DNA of 63,507 nt, the filler included, from Chiloscyllium plagiosum (lineage: Eukaryota), in NCBI RefSeq assembly GCF_004010195.1. It is 4 parts of one record of this genome, joined end to end, with 100 filler letters (N's around TTAATTAATTAA, not from the genome) between each part and the next. Parts side by side here need not be neighbours in the genome. Positions count along the whole stretch, not along the records: positions 1 to 26,648 come from NC_057717.1; 3 more parts are not named here. One strand, given 5' to 3'. The notes below the pieces were generated by a model. That model was not told the origin of the DNA. It did not search any database and worked only from the letters and a program-made list of their open reading frames with translations. The position numbers and the translations under genes are program-made. Below, one piece after another: positions 1 through 12,654 of this stretch. How positions within the stretch are numbered: the first letter of the stretch is position 1; each line of letters opens with the position of its first letter.

Positions 1-574
1 GCAACTCCGAGTGAATGCTTTAGCAAAAATGTGAGATGAATTTTATTCAACATTCTTTAAATTGTAGTGTTTGCAATGTAGTCTTTCAAATTTGAGGAAG
101 GATTGAAATGTCCAGACAGCTCCGATGGTGGTAGTAATATTTCAGGAACAACATCGCTACGTATCGGATGAAACTGTCCTGTGCTTCCAAAGATACTATT
201 TAAAGAACCAAACATATGTGTCATGTGTCAGAGTAACTGCTATACTTTCGAGGAGCAGTATCTACCAATTGTGCAGTGGTATGGGAGGCGGGGAGAGGGC
301 GGTATTGCATAGCTCTTATCACAGAAATGACAAACGGAGAGAAGAAGAGAGAGGGGTTTTGACCCCAGTTTCAGTGTATTGACGCGAAAAACAAGAGAAA
401 AAATATTTTTAGTACAGAGCACCTCGGTGGACAGCGATGTAGACAGAGATACACATAGGCATCGATCAGCAAACTAATACAACCAACACATACAAACGCA
501 ATTTTGCACTCAGTAATGGACAGTTACAGTCGAACAAAAACACATCCATACACCCACTCACATTGACACAATCA

Positions 575-3500
575 AAGACGAAAGAACAAAGAAAATGTAC
601 AGCACAGGAAGAGGCCCTCCGGCACTCCAAGCGTGACCTGATTCAAGTCCACTGTCTAAACCTGTCACCCAAGTCCTGAGCATCTGCATCCCTCTGCTCC
701 CCACCTACTCATGCATCTGTCGAGAACATCTTAAATGAATCGACCTCTACTACCTCTGCTGGCAACGCCTTCCAGGCACCTACCACCTTCTGTGTAAAGT
801 ACTTGCTGCGTGTATCCCCCTTAAACATTTCACCTCTCACCTTGAATCCTTCACATTGGGAAAAAGCTTATCTCTATCTACCCTCTGTATACCCTTCCTG
901 ATTTTGCCAGGACACCCCTCTATCGCTTTTTTACTAATGAAAATAACCTAACCTACTCAACCTCTCTTCATAGCGAGCACCTTCCAACCAGAATCTTCGT
1001 AAACCTTCCATGCACGCTCTCCAAAGCGTCCACATCCTTTTGGTAATGTGGTGACCAGAACTGTAAACCGTATTCTGAATGCGGCCAAACCAATGTTGTG
1101 TACAATTTTAACATGACCTGCCAGCTTTTCTACTCAATACCACGTCCAATGAAGTCAAGCATACCATATAACTTCTCGACAACTCGATCCACCTGTGCTG
1201 CAACACTCAGGGTACAATGGTCCTGAACTCCCAGATCTCTCTGCTCATCAAATTTTCCCAAGGTTGTACCGTTTGCTGTACAATTCGCTCGAGAATGAGG
1301 CTTCCCAAAACGCATGACCACAGGTTTGCCTTGATTGAACTCCATCTGCCACTTCTCCGCCCAACTTTCCAGTCTATCCATATTCTCCTGCATTCTTTGA
1401 CAGTTCGCTGTGTTCTACAGCTGTACAGGGCCGTGATGAGACAGCACCTGGAATATTGTGTGCAGTTTTGGTCTCCAAATTTGAGGAAAGACATTCTGGC
1501 GATTGAGGGAATGCAGCATAGGTTCACGAGGTCAATTCCTGGAATGGCGGGACGATGTTACGTTGAAAGATTGGAGCGACTGGGCTGGTGTACCCTTGAG
1601 TTTAGAAGGCTGAGAGGGGATCTGATTGAGACGTAAATTAGTAAACACTCTGGAGGCAGGAAGCATGTTTCCTCTGATGGATGAGCCCCGAACCAGAGGA
1701 CACAGTTTAAAAATAAGGAGTAGGCCGTTTAGAAAATAGTTGAGGAGAAACTTCTTCACCCAGAGAGTGGTGTGTGTGTGGAATGCTCTGTCCCAGAAGG
1801 CTGAGGAGGATGCTTTCAAGAAAGAGTTGGATAGAGCTCTTAAAAATAGTGGAATCAAGGGTTATGGAGATAAGGCAGGGACAGGATACTGATTGAGGAT
1901 GATTAGGCATGATCATAATGAATGGTGGTGCTGGCTCGAAGGGCAGAATGGCCTACTCCTGAGCTATTGTCTATTGTCTATTTCTGCTACTCCAACCTTC
2001 GTGTCATCTGCAAACTTGCTGATCACACAAAGAGTGCCCTCTTCCATATGATTTATGTATATCACAAATAATAGAAGCCACAGCACTGACCCCTGTGGAA
2101 CACCATTGGTCATCTCTCTCTATTTCGAGAAACTCTCTTCAACTAATACTCTCTGTCTGTGGTTGCTCAACCAGTTCTTTATCTACCTCGCGAGAACACG
2201 CTGCACACGATGTGATTTCACTTTCTCTATTAATTTACCATGGGAAACATAATGAAACGCCTTACTAAAGTCCATGTATATACCATCTACAGCCCTTCCT
2301 TCATCTATCAATTTCCTCAAAAATTCTATTATGTTGGAAAGGCACGATCCCCCCCCCACACATGAACATGTTGCCTATCACTGGTAAGTACATTCTTTTA
2401 CAAATACAACTAAATTTTATCCCTCGGTACCTCCTCCAGCAAACTTCCCACCACTGACTTCAGGACGACTGTAGTTACCCAGAATATCCCTAATACCTTT
2501 CTGGTACCGGGGAACAGCGTGAGCAGCCCTCCAGGACTCCAGCAACATATCTGTATTTAAAAATTCTGCAAAGATATCTGTAAGGGCCACAATCACTTCC
2601 TCTGTCGCCTCCCTCAGCAACATGGGAAAACTCCCATCCGTTCCTGCGGACTTGTCCACCTTAACAACCTCAAGCCTATCCAACACATCTTCCCTAAGTA
2701 TGTCAACGTGATCCAGAGCAATCAATCGTCTGTCTCCAATCTCAACATTCATCATGTTTCTCCCCTCAATGAACACTGATACACAATAATCATTCAGCAT
2801 CTCACCCACTTTCTCTCGTTCGACAAACAGCCTTCCTTTATTATCCTTTAGTGGAACAATCCTTTCTCTCGTTACCCGCTTGCTTCTTACATAAGAATAA
2901 CAGCATTGACATTCTCCTTAACTCTGCTCGACAATGCTACTCAATGACCCTTTTTAGCCAGCACGATTCCTCATTTAAGATTGGTCCTACTCTTCAGATA
3001 TTCCATCAAGGCCCGTCCGTTCTTAGCTGCCTAGAACATTTTCCTCTTGGCTAGACGTACGATTTCGCCTGTCACGAATCTTGCCTTTCCTATCCTTTGC
3101 TTTCAACAGGACATGCTGAACTCGCATTATTTTCTAGCTATCTTTGACATCCTATCACGTATCAAATGTGGACTTCCCTTCAAATAGCGTGTCGAATCCA
3201 CATTGCTCAGCTTCTGTATAATTTTGATATAATTGGCCTTGGCCCAGGTTAGTCTATTTCCCTGACGACCACTCTCATCTTTGTCTACGAGTATTCTAAA
3301 ACTTACAGAATTGTGGTCACTGTTCCCAAAGAAATCCCCACCACAAAATTTACCACCTGGCCTGGCTCATTCCCCAACACCAGTTCCAATACTGCCCCTT
3401 CCCTTGTCGGACTATTAACATACTGTTCTAAGAAAATCTCCTGGACGCTTGTTACAAGTTCTGCCTCATCCAGACCATTCACACTAAAAGTATCCCAGTC

Positions 3501-4700
3501 AATGTTGGGAAAATTAAAATCTCCCATCACAACCACCCCGTTGCCTCTAGTTCTTCCCATAATCTGTTTACCTATTTCTTCTTCTTCCTCACGCTCACTG
3601 TCGGGACGTCTGAGATACAGCCCCAACAATGTAACTGCACCCCTCTCATGTCTAAGCTCCACATCTCATGTCTCACTACTCAAGCCCTCCATAGTATCTT
3701 CCTTTAGCACGACAGTGATATTATCCCTGACCAGCAATGCAACTCCTCTCCCGCTTTTACTTCCTTCCCTGTCCTGTCTAAAGCGTCTATATCCTGAAAT
3801 ATTTAGTTGTCAATCATGCCTTTCCTTCAACCAAGTCTCTGTGATTGCAAGCCCGTCATACTCCGAGGCACGAATCCAAGACCGAAGTTCATCTACCTTA
3901 CCCACTACACACTTGCATTAAAGTATATGTGCGTCAGGCTACCAGTTCCTTTGCGTTCATCTGCTCCCCGCTATTAATGCTACCTTCATATTTCTTACAG
4001 TGTCCAGTTTCCACCTCGCTGTCGACTTGTTTTCTCTTCTGGTTCCCATCCCCTTGCCACATTAACTTAAAACCTCCCCAACTGCAGTAGCAAAAACTGC
4101 TCCAAGGCTATCAGTTCCAGTCTGGTTTAGAACAAATCTGAACTCCTCCCTCTTACACCATTCGTCAAGCCTCGTGTTCATCCTGCGTATTTTCTCGTTT
4201 CTACACTGGCTAATATGTGGCACTGGTAATAATCCCGAGATCACTACCATTTAGATCCTCCTTTTTAACTTCTCTCCTTGCTGCCACAATTTTGATTTCA
4301 GGAACTCACCTCATTTATCACTTTTATTGTTGTTGCCTGTATGCACCAAGACAACTGGCTGTTGAAACTCCCCTTTTAGATTGCTCTGAAGGCCACCGGT
4401 GACATCCCTGACCGAGGCAACATATCATACCGGAATCCCTTATGACTATGGCCCTATGAGTCTTTTTTCCGCACTTCTGGATAGCAGTGCCCACCACAGT
4501 GCCATGATCTTGGCAACTGCTGCCCTCCCCTGGTTTGCCTTCTCCACCAACAGTATTCCAAACAGTAAAGGTGTTTTGGAGTGTGATGACCGCAGTGAAC
4601 ACATGCACTGTCTTCCTACACTTTCTTTACTGCATTTTGGTCACCCATTCACTGTCTCGCTCAGGCATTCCAACCTGCAGTGTGACCAGTTCACTAAATC
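575..4700 (-). mobile_element. Degraded near-full-length CR1 LINE (ORF1 esterase remnant, APE endonuclease, RT, 3' tail), interrupted by a younger CR1 at ~1410-1981
   Basis: Minus ORFs 3303-3662 (VVVMGDFNFPNIDW...PTREGAVLELVLGNEPGQ, endonuclease), 2417-2809 (DKSAGTDG...ESWRAAHAVP), 1130-1393 (LESWAEKWQMEFN...RDLGVQ) and 4062-4250 (VVISGLLPVP..., ORF1-like). A reverse-complemented CR1 3' end lies at ~575-640. Confidence 0.9.
1410..1981 (+). mobile_element. 5'-truncated CR1 LINE 3' fragment nested in the older minus-strand CR1
   Basis: ORF 1217-1636 ends LQLYRAVMRQHLEYCVQFWSPNLRKDILAIEG...RRLRGDLIET. The 3' UTR ends in GGCCTACTCCTG...(CTATTGT)n at 1964-1981, after which the host element resumes. 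Confidence 0.9.
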
Positions 4701-4719
4701 GTGTATTTCAGACAGAGAT

Positions 4720-5987
4720 AGTTATGTTTATCATTAACGGGGATGAATAAGTAACGAAGAAGATTGATGAAAGCAGAGCGGTAGATGGGTTCTACATGGA
4801 CTTCAGTCAGGCTTTCAACAAGGTTGCCCTTAGGAGATTGATTAGCAAGGTTAGATCTCACGGAATACAGGGAGAACCAACCATTTGGACACAGAACTGG
4901 CTCAAAGATAGAAGACAGAGGGTGGTGGTGGAGGGTGGTTTTTCAGACTGGAGGCCTGTGGACAGTGGAGTGCCACAAGGATCGGTGCTGGGTGCACTAC
5001 GTTTTGTCATTTATATAAATGATTTGGATGCTACCATAATATGTACAGTTAGTACGTTTGCAGATGACACCAAAATTGGAGGTGCAGTGGACAGCGAAGA
5101 GGGTTTGCTCTGATTTGAATAGGATCTTGATCAGATGGGCCAATGGGCTGAGAAGTGGCAGATGGACTTTAATACAGATAAATGCGAGGTGCTGCATTTT
5201 GGGATAGCAAATCTTAGCAGGACTTATACACTTAATGGTAGGGTCCTAGAGAGTGTTGGTAAACAAAGAGACCTTGGATTGTAGGTTCATAGCTCCTTGA
5301 AGGTGGAGTCGCACGTAGATAGGAGAGTGAAGGAGGCGTTTGTTATGCTTTCTTTTATTTTTCAGTTTATTGAGTACAGCAGTTGGGAGGTCATGTTGAG
5401 ACTGTACAGGACATTACTTAGGCCATTGTTGGAATATTGTGTGCAATTCTGGTCTCATTGCGATCGGAGAAAAATTGCGAAACTTGAAAGGGTTCAGAAA
5501 AGATTTACAAGGATGTTGTCAGTGTTGGAGGATTTGAGTGAATGGGAGGGACTGAACAGGCTGTGCCTCTTTACCCTGGAGCGTCGGAGGCTGAGGATTG
5601 ACTTTATAGAGGTTGAAAAAAAAACATGAGGGGCATGGTTCGGGTAAATAGACAATGTCTCTTCCTTGCGGTTGGGGAGTCCAGAACGAGAGGGCATCGG
5701 TTTATGGTGACAGGGGAAAGACATAAAAGAGACCATTAGGGCAACTATTTCACACAAAGAATGGCATCTGTATATAATGAGCTGCCAGAGAAAGTGGTAG
5801 AGGCTGGTATAATTGCAACTTTTAAGAGGCATTTGGATGGGTATATGAATAGGAAGGTTTTGAAGGGATATGGGGCGGGTGCTGGCAGGTGTGACTAGAT
5901 TGGGTTGGGACAATTGCTTGGCATGGACGGCTTGAACCGAAGGGTCTGTTTCCATGCTGTACATCTCTATCACTATTACTCTATAAT
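4720..5987 (+). mobile_element. CR1 LINE fragment (RT to 3' end), disrupted
   Basis: ORF 4796-5113 MDFSQAFNKV...[10 protein letters not shown]...FADDTKIGG and ORF 5297-5629 LYRTLLRPLLEYCVQFWS. 3' tail CCGAAGGGTCTGTTTCCATGCTGTACATCTCTAT. Confidence 0.92.
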
Positions 5988-6769
5988 GTTCAGTTGGAGA
6001 AGGCAGGAGAATAGAGTTTAGAAACCCTTCAGCCAAAACCAAACGCTACTACAGACTCGTTGGCCCGAATAGCCTAAATCTGCTCCAATTTCTTAGACTC
6101 TTGCGAAATTATGCTATCTGGAGTTGTCTTTCGGTACGTTCAGTGGAGGCTGAATTGAATAAGCATTTAACTGTCCAGGATTAATGCAAATGTGGACAAG
6201 GTTGAGAGGGTGTATGGTATCTATGTGTTTCTAGTTGTTGTGGCCTTGTGCCTCAATAGTGTGGTAATAGTTTTGAGCTGAACACTTTTCAGTGAATCAG
6301 GCTGAGGGGAATGTTCCTTTCTCTTATCGGTTGTGGCTTCTCTGCTCTTCCCATCCCCAAACACTCGTGAAGACGGGTTCATTGAAAACATTCAAGCTTG
6401 AGTTCCATAGAACAACAGAATCCATGTTTTTTTGGGAACAAACAGGAAAAGGGTGTTCAGTCGCAATCACATCACAATCAAAGAATTCTGATTGGTGCAG
6501 TAGGTTCAATAGTCCAAATGGTCAGCTACTGCTCCTATCCCATGTGTTTTTCTCCAATCTCTAACCACTAAGCAGATACAGACTTAGAGGAAGATCCCAT
6601 TCAGCCAGTCAGTATCGTTACAATGAGATGGAAGAAGACCATTCTGCCCTCTAAGGAGTTATGCACAAATACAATGAAGTTTTCTGCATTTCATGTAATT
6701 GCACAGCACATGATGAGACTATCCAACTTTCCAGGCTTCGACACAGCAAAGGGTAGCACTGGGTAACTA

Positions 6770-7720
6770 ATAGGAAATAGACAGCAGAGAGAAACGTTTA
6801 TTTTTGGGTTGGAAAGCTATAACTTGGTGGAGTGTCTCAGGCATTCGTGTGACATGATCAACTATTTACAACTTATATGAATAATATGGATCAGGGGCTG
6901 TTTGGATGTAGCTGAAATAACTCATTCACCAAGATAATCATTTAATTGGGGAAGGATGGTCTGCACTGGGATATGGATTGGGGAGATTAGTGTACAAACC
7001 TTCAGCAAAAGTGCAATAATGCGTGTGCTGGGTTTTTTGAACTATGATGGAAGCGTAAAACAAGTGTGAAAGACATAAATAGAGAGAGATTGCAGAAATG
7101 AGTGGAGCAAAAGAATTCATGTGCTTCTGGCACACGAATCTGCAGTTAATCTGCAAAGTCAAAACGTGATTTGCAAGGGATTTGAAATGATATTGTTTCC
7201 TGCAAAGGTTATAGTTATAATCATCGTGATGTTTTACTGCATTTGTACTTGGAATTGTTCAGATCACATCTGATGTATTAGATGCAGTTATGATTCGCAC
7301 AACTGAAAATAAATCAATCGCTTCAGTAGGATTCAATATGTTTCAAATAACCTGTTCAGGGATTTACGGTTTTATGTGTGTCAGAGTAATGCAGCATGGA
7401 AACGGACACTTCAATCCAACTCGTCCGTGATCAACAGACATCGCAATCTGATCTACTCCCACTTCCCAGCATTTGGCCCATATCCCTCGTAACACTTCAT
7501 ATTTCCATCCAGTTGGCTTTTTAACTATTGTAATTGTACCAGCCTCCACCACGTCGTCTGGCAGCTCATTCCATGCAAGCTACATCCTCTGGCTGATAAA
7601 ATGTTATGCATCAGCATCCCTTTAAACATTTCCACTCGGCCATCTAGTTTTTTACATCCCCACTCTAAGAAAATGGCAATTCACTGTATTCGTGTTCGTT
7701 ATGATCTTTAGAACTTTCGC
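6770..7720. mobile_element. Old, heavily decayed CR1 fragments (plus ~6770-7340, minus 3' end ~7365-7720)
   Basis: Decayed RT-like GGAGTGTCTCAGG and ...TATATGAATAAT motifs. ORF 7364-7552 MVEAGTITIVKK matches the CR1 C-terminus seen at 5790-5830. Confidence 0.6.
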
Positions 7721-9699
7721 CAGTTTATAACACGTCAGGCCTGAGAATGAGAGATGTTCATCTTGAAACGGAGAATAGATTAATTGAGTAAATCAGATAT
7801 TTAGCTGATGAATGTTTCCGCTTTTATAGGAGAATAAGACTAAGGATTCGCCTTGAAGAAAACAACGTACAGTATTCATTTTGACACTGATATTATGAAG
7901 ACACGTATTATACAAAAATGACAAGAACAATTCTTCAAATTATAAATCGCTCCCACATGGAGTATGGAACAGGGATGGTGTCATATCGTCCACAGAATAT
8001 TCACACAGACATCAAATGACACAGATTTGTGCTGGGATAACATTACTGTAGGTTTCATCTCAGACACTGAGAACATGTAATATACCTGAGGAACAACAGC
8101 CTATTGCTCCCTTTCTTTCACTGCTCCTGCTCACAGCAGCATACAAGAGTTGAAAACCCGTCAGTCATCGTTACCACTCGTGGAGGATTCCCTTTGAGCA
8201 TGCATAGGAATCTCTCCACTTCCTTCAGAAAAGGGAATTCAGGTAGATACCAGGAGGAAATCCCATTGTCAACAGCTTGCCAGGGCAGAATAACTTCAGA
8301 GGCAGTATATCTTTCAACATGATCTGATTTTCTTTTTGTCATGAGTTTAACAATTATTTTGACAAACCTCTTTCAGGTTAATACATCGACAGCGTTTTCA
8401 TTTTGTGTTTGTGTTCAGGCATGTGTGTGTGTTTCTTTGTGCGCAAAACAATGTCTGCATGTGTTTTTGTGCATGTGTCTCAGCATTTATAGAAAAATAA
8501 GTACTCATGTGCATATGTTAAATGAACTTTACTAACTTTGCTTAATAACAGATTAGTTATTTTTGCAAATTTATGACATCTGCCTAACTTGACCCGACCA
8601 CTGAACACAAATCAGTCTGAGAGTTACATAACTAACCATATTACCAATCTGATTACAATTGAACTTCGTCAGTAGTGAGACGAGAAAAGGGCACAGTTAC
8701 CCTCCAACATCGATCAAACTTCTCAATGGGCCACATGAGTTGATACTCTCATCCCCAAAGGTTCTGGTGTTACGTGTTGAATTTATTCAAAACTATTAGT
8801 GAGATATTTGACAGTCAAGTGAGTCAATGATAAGAAAGATAAGAAAGTGCAACTCTTTTTACAAACAAATCAACTATGACCTTATGTTATGTTGGAGTAG
8901 GGCAAAGGGTATCATGACCAATTCCTGCCCCTCATTCCGGTTTCCCATTGTTCAATTCTGCCGCCAAAATGTGCTACACAGGGGCAGTTAGAGGCCGTTT
9001 GGTTATAATACCTGGTGCGCAGAAACAGAAGAGACATTTCAGGCCCTCAAGACTGTCATTCACGGTTTTTGGTGGATTGGAAAATGCAATTGGGAAGCGA
9101 ATGTGGTGCCAATGTGGAACATCCCCTTCCTCTCTTTTTACAGAAGTTGACCTCTCTCCATTTATTGGTCAAGTTGTTGACACAGATCTACTGTGAATAC
9201 AACACACAGAATTTGCTCACAAATTCCTCTGGTCTCCCTGACTGCAACATTCAATAATAAGAATTCGAGGACGATTACAACCACTGACTTTCCTGTAACA
9301 AAATTCAAGAACATAAGAAATATGACTAAGTCATTCAGGTCCTCAATCCGAACTTACACTTCAATAATATCATGGCTGATCTACTCCAGGCCTCAACTCC
9401 TCTCTTATGCCCAATCCCTGCAGCCCTCAACTCTCTGGTGCTTTTAAAATTCATTGTGCTCCCCCTTCCAAACATCTCGTACACTATCTCCCCTAACACT
9501 CTGGTATAGTGATGTCACGACAGTCACTACCCTCTGTGAAAAGGAAACATTCCCACACGAACACGGTGTCTTAAAGATATTAACAAAAGACATGAACACA
9601 AGGTAGGAATGAATGGCCCTGATATCAAGGCAGGATTTGACTGATGATCGTATCAAGGAACCCGAACAAAATTGAACTTAATGGAATCCGTTGTAAACC

Positions 9700-10035
9700 T
9701 CCCACTGCATGAGATCATTCAGAGCACAAAGCGTGATATTTGTGGTTAATGGAAGTCAATCCTCTCAGTCACGGGATATCTCAATAGGAAATCCTCAACT
9801 TTGCTTCCACAGTACAAACATCTTCAGCCGCTCCATAAATGCCTTGCCTACACCATAAGATCAGAAGTGGGATGTTCACTGAAGATTAAGCAATGGTCAG
9901 AAAAATGTACCCACCCGACCCCATCTTCTGAAGCCGTGTATAACCATGTGCAGTAAGACCTGGACAACACTCGAGATTGTGCTGCGAAAGTGCCATGAAC
10001 ATTCACGTAACAGTACTGCTCGACACTGCTCATTA
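9700..10035 (+). mobile_element. Ancient LINE RT fragment (CR1/L2 group); copy at ~22540-22870
   Basis: Decayed ...ATAAATGCCTTGCC...GGATGTTCACTGAAGAT (xINDL...MFADD-like) and CAGTAAGACCTGGACAAC (QQDLDN). Confidence 0.6.
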
Positions 10036-10064
10036 CCACCGTAATAAAATAGTTTATTCAACAC

Positions 10065-10367
10065 CTCAAACTGATTTCCAGTAATATGAAGAAGCCGTTC
10101 ATCGCATCGAACCGATTTGATAAGAAGAAGGCTTATTCAGTCTCACCTGCCCGTTGCATATGGAGGCAAAGAGCCCAGTTAGCACACCGAGGTGTTCATC
10201 GGAAACCATTGCTAATGGTACACACATGTTGCTTAAACATAGTTTGTTGACAGTGAGGACGGAAAGTCAATGATGCATGACACATCTGAAACAAGCACTT
10301 TCCCCCACCGAGAAGACAGCCTGCATTCCTATGGATGTCAGAAGCTGGTAACAATAGCTAACGTTTT
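10065..10367 (-). pseudogene. Decayed Ig V-set exon; copy at ~22900-23206
   Basis: After a CTCCAG acceptor it reads ENVSYCYQLLTSIGMQAVFSVGESACFRC...GQVRLNKPSSYQIGSMR*TASSYYW, with an alternative frame SLLLIKSVRCDE. The B-strand Cys to YYW(C) spacing is 68 codons. It has in-frame stops. Confidence 0.45.
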
Positions 10368-10792
10368 CTGGAGTAAAGCATTGCGGCTGCTGAGAGATTT
10401 GTGCACAGTGCAGGGTCACACACTAACTTGACTTTGAGATCGTGAGATTTCTTTCAGAGCCTGGGGCTCCACACAGGTACGTGAACTATCAGGAATTACA
10501 TATCATGGAGAAAAAAATATACAATTTCTTACTCTATGATGTGTTTTCTGAACATAATGGATGTCAGTCCACAACCCACAAGTTGCAGTGCATTCACCTC
10601 TTACTCTCTCACAGTGTGACTGATTAAACACGCATTTACTTCACATTCTCCTCATGGGACCATCATCGTCTGGTAAAACCCCTTTGCACTCTCTCTGTGG
10701 CAAATTGAACATTCCTTATAACAGACCGAAAATCTGTACAAATTGCCCAAATATTGCCTCAACAATACTCTACAATATCAGGATGATACATT

Positions 10793-11103
10793 CGACTCAG
10801 GCGATTGACTGTGTGGAGTTTGCACATTCTCCTCGTGTCTGCGTGGGTTTCCTCCGGGTGCTCCGGTTTCCTCTCACAGTCTCAAAGATGTGCGGGTTAG
10901 GTGAATTGGCCATGCTAATTTGCCCGTAGTGTTAGGTTAAAAGGGGTACTAAATGTAGGGGTATGGGTGGGTTGTGCTTCGGCGGGTCGGTGTGGACTGG
11001 TTGGGCCGAAGGGCCTGTTTCCACACTGTAAGTAATCTAATCTAATCTAATCTAATCTAATCTAATCTAATCTAATCTAATCTAATCTAATCTAATCTAA
11101 TCT
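10793..11103 (+). mobile_element. 5'-truncated HE1/V-SINE with (TCTAA)13 tail
   Basis: V-domain TGTGTGGAGTTTGCACATTCTCC...GGGTTTCCTCCGGGTGCTCCGGTTTCCTC, CR1-like tail GGGCCGAAGGGCCTGTTTCC and pentamer tail 11036-11100. Confidence 0.92.
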
Positions 11104-11799
11104 TATTCCTGTACTTGAATAATTTCGCAGTTAAGAGCAACATGCTATTTCCTCTGCTGATTATTTGCTGTCCTCAAGTCCGGGGACACCCAGGTGCCTT
11201 TCACCAACAGCATTTCCCATCCTCTCACCTTCTAAAAAATAAGAAATGAGAATGATTGTATATGAATCTCACAACCAGATCATTCATTTGCCGTGTGATT
11301 AGCTATGCTCAAAGCACTGATATATGTTTACCCTATGAGCAATGTCCTTCAACCAAGAGCAGGAACGTACTCTCTGTATTATCCCCATGATCCAATTCTC
11401 AATACATGTCTATGTTCACCCCTTTCAGAAGGACGCTTAACTTTGTTGACTCACTTGCGTGCAACAACGTCAAAAGTCTTCAGAAAATTCAGCTATTCAG
11501 CTCCCACTAGCTCCCGTTTATTGATGTCACAAACAATATTCTGTGTTAACCTCAGTAGGTTTATCAAACATAATTTCACATTCCTGAATCTAGACTGACT
11601 CCATCAAATCATATCATAATTCTTGAAGTGTCTTGTCAAAAAGTACTATTACTTTCCTGACAGCTGGCATCTAGCTTTCCAGGATTTCGTTTTATGATTT
11701 CCCTCTCCGTCCTGTTCTCAACATGTACGGTCACGATAACTAAACAGCTTTGAAAAACTTTGCATCCATCCAATACACAGTGATGTAGCTCACAGAACC

Positions 11800-12640
11800 A
11801 AAAAATTGTCAGTACAAGAGGAGACCCACCATGTCAGTACCACCTCCGAAAAGAGCTATCGAGCTCACCCAGTTCACCAGGCCTATCTGTTTTTTTCTGA
11901 TCGTTCTTCGGTGGAGACAGAACCAGCATATATACTGCACATGGCCTCTGTCACATTGTAAATACATCAGAGGACGGCACTCTGCCACATGATCGGTGTG
12001 TCAGCCACTCCTGCTCGGAAAGTTCCAGAATCCAACCAGTCCACTTCATGGCCAGTTTCAGCAGAGCTCTCTCCCTGACATGAGATTACAGGTTATGCTG
12101 AAGGAGATGACACAGCTGTTACCTTCCCATTTTTGATTCAAACTGGCTTCAAACTTTGCCCCTGGAATATGTACAAATAAGAAAATATTCCTAAACATCC
12201 AGAGAGGATAGTGCAGTGTCCTGTTCCTCTCTGGTTGCAGAGTTTCCGTTCTATGCAGCTTCTCCTTCATTTGTTAGCCATGTTGCAAACCCAGATACAC
12301 TTTGAAGGCAGTGCACATACTTCACTCAGAGTGGCGTCAACAGATCCTGAGGTTTCCCTGAATGAATGCAGCAAATGACAACGCAAACGTGAGAAATAAT
12401 TTCCAGAACTTCAACTGGATATCCAATGACTGGAGCAAGTCAAATCCGTGTAGACATGGAACACCCATTCGGTGCTGGAAATGCTTTCGTGTCCTCAGTT
12501 GCATTTCCTGACGGATTACAGCTCTGCACAGTCCCAGTGACCTGAAATATTAACAGTTCCGCTCTCCATAGAACTTGACAATGTACCTGCACAATCTTCT
12601 GTCCCACAGTAACGATAAGGGCAACATGACTATTATCTCT
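11800..12640 (-). pseudogene. Decayed CD2/SLAM-like two-exon remnant (V exon ~12321-12638, C2 exon from 12161 down); copy at ~24620-25457
   Basis: V-like: VTVGQKIVQVHCQVLWR...KHFQHRMG...LLQSLDIQ / SSGNYF, then a GTATGT donor (12320). A 159-nt intron ends TTCTTATTTGTACATATTCCAG. C2-like: GAKFEASLNQKWEGNSCVISFSITCNLMSGRELC*NW. Multiple stops and frameshifts. Confidence 0.42.
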
Positions 12641-12654
12641 TGAGATGATTGAAA

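Noticed and set aside
3313..3921. 202-aa plus-strand ORF (similarly 5494-6042, 28711-29031, 50318-50974)
   Set aside because: These are antisense frames of retrotransposon sequence.
10404..10432. CACAGTG heptamer with nonamer-like ACACAAACT in copy B (~23242-23266)
   Set aside because: The spacer is 9 nt rather than 12 or 23, and no V/D/J coding segment is in the proper position. Not supportable as an RSS.
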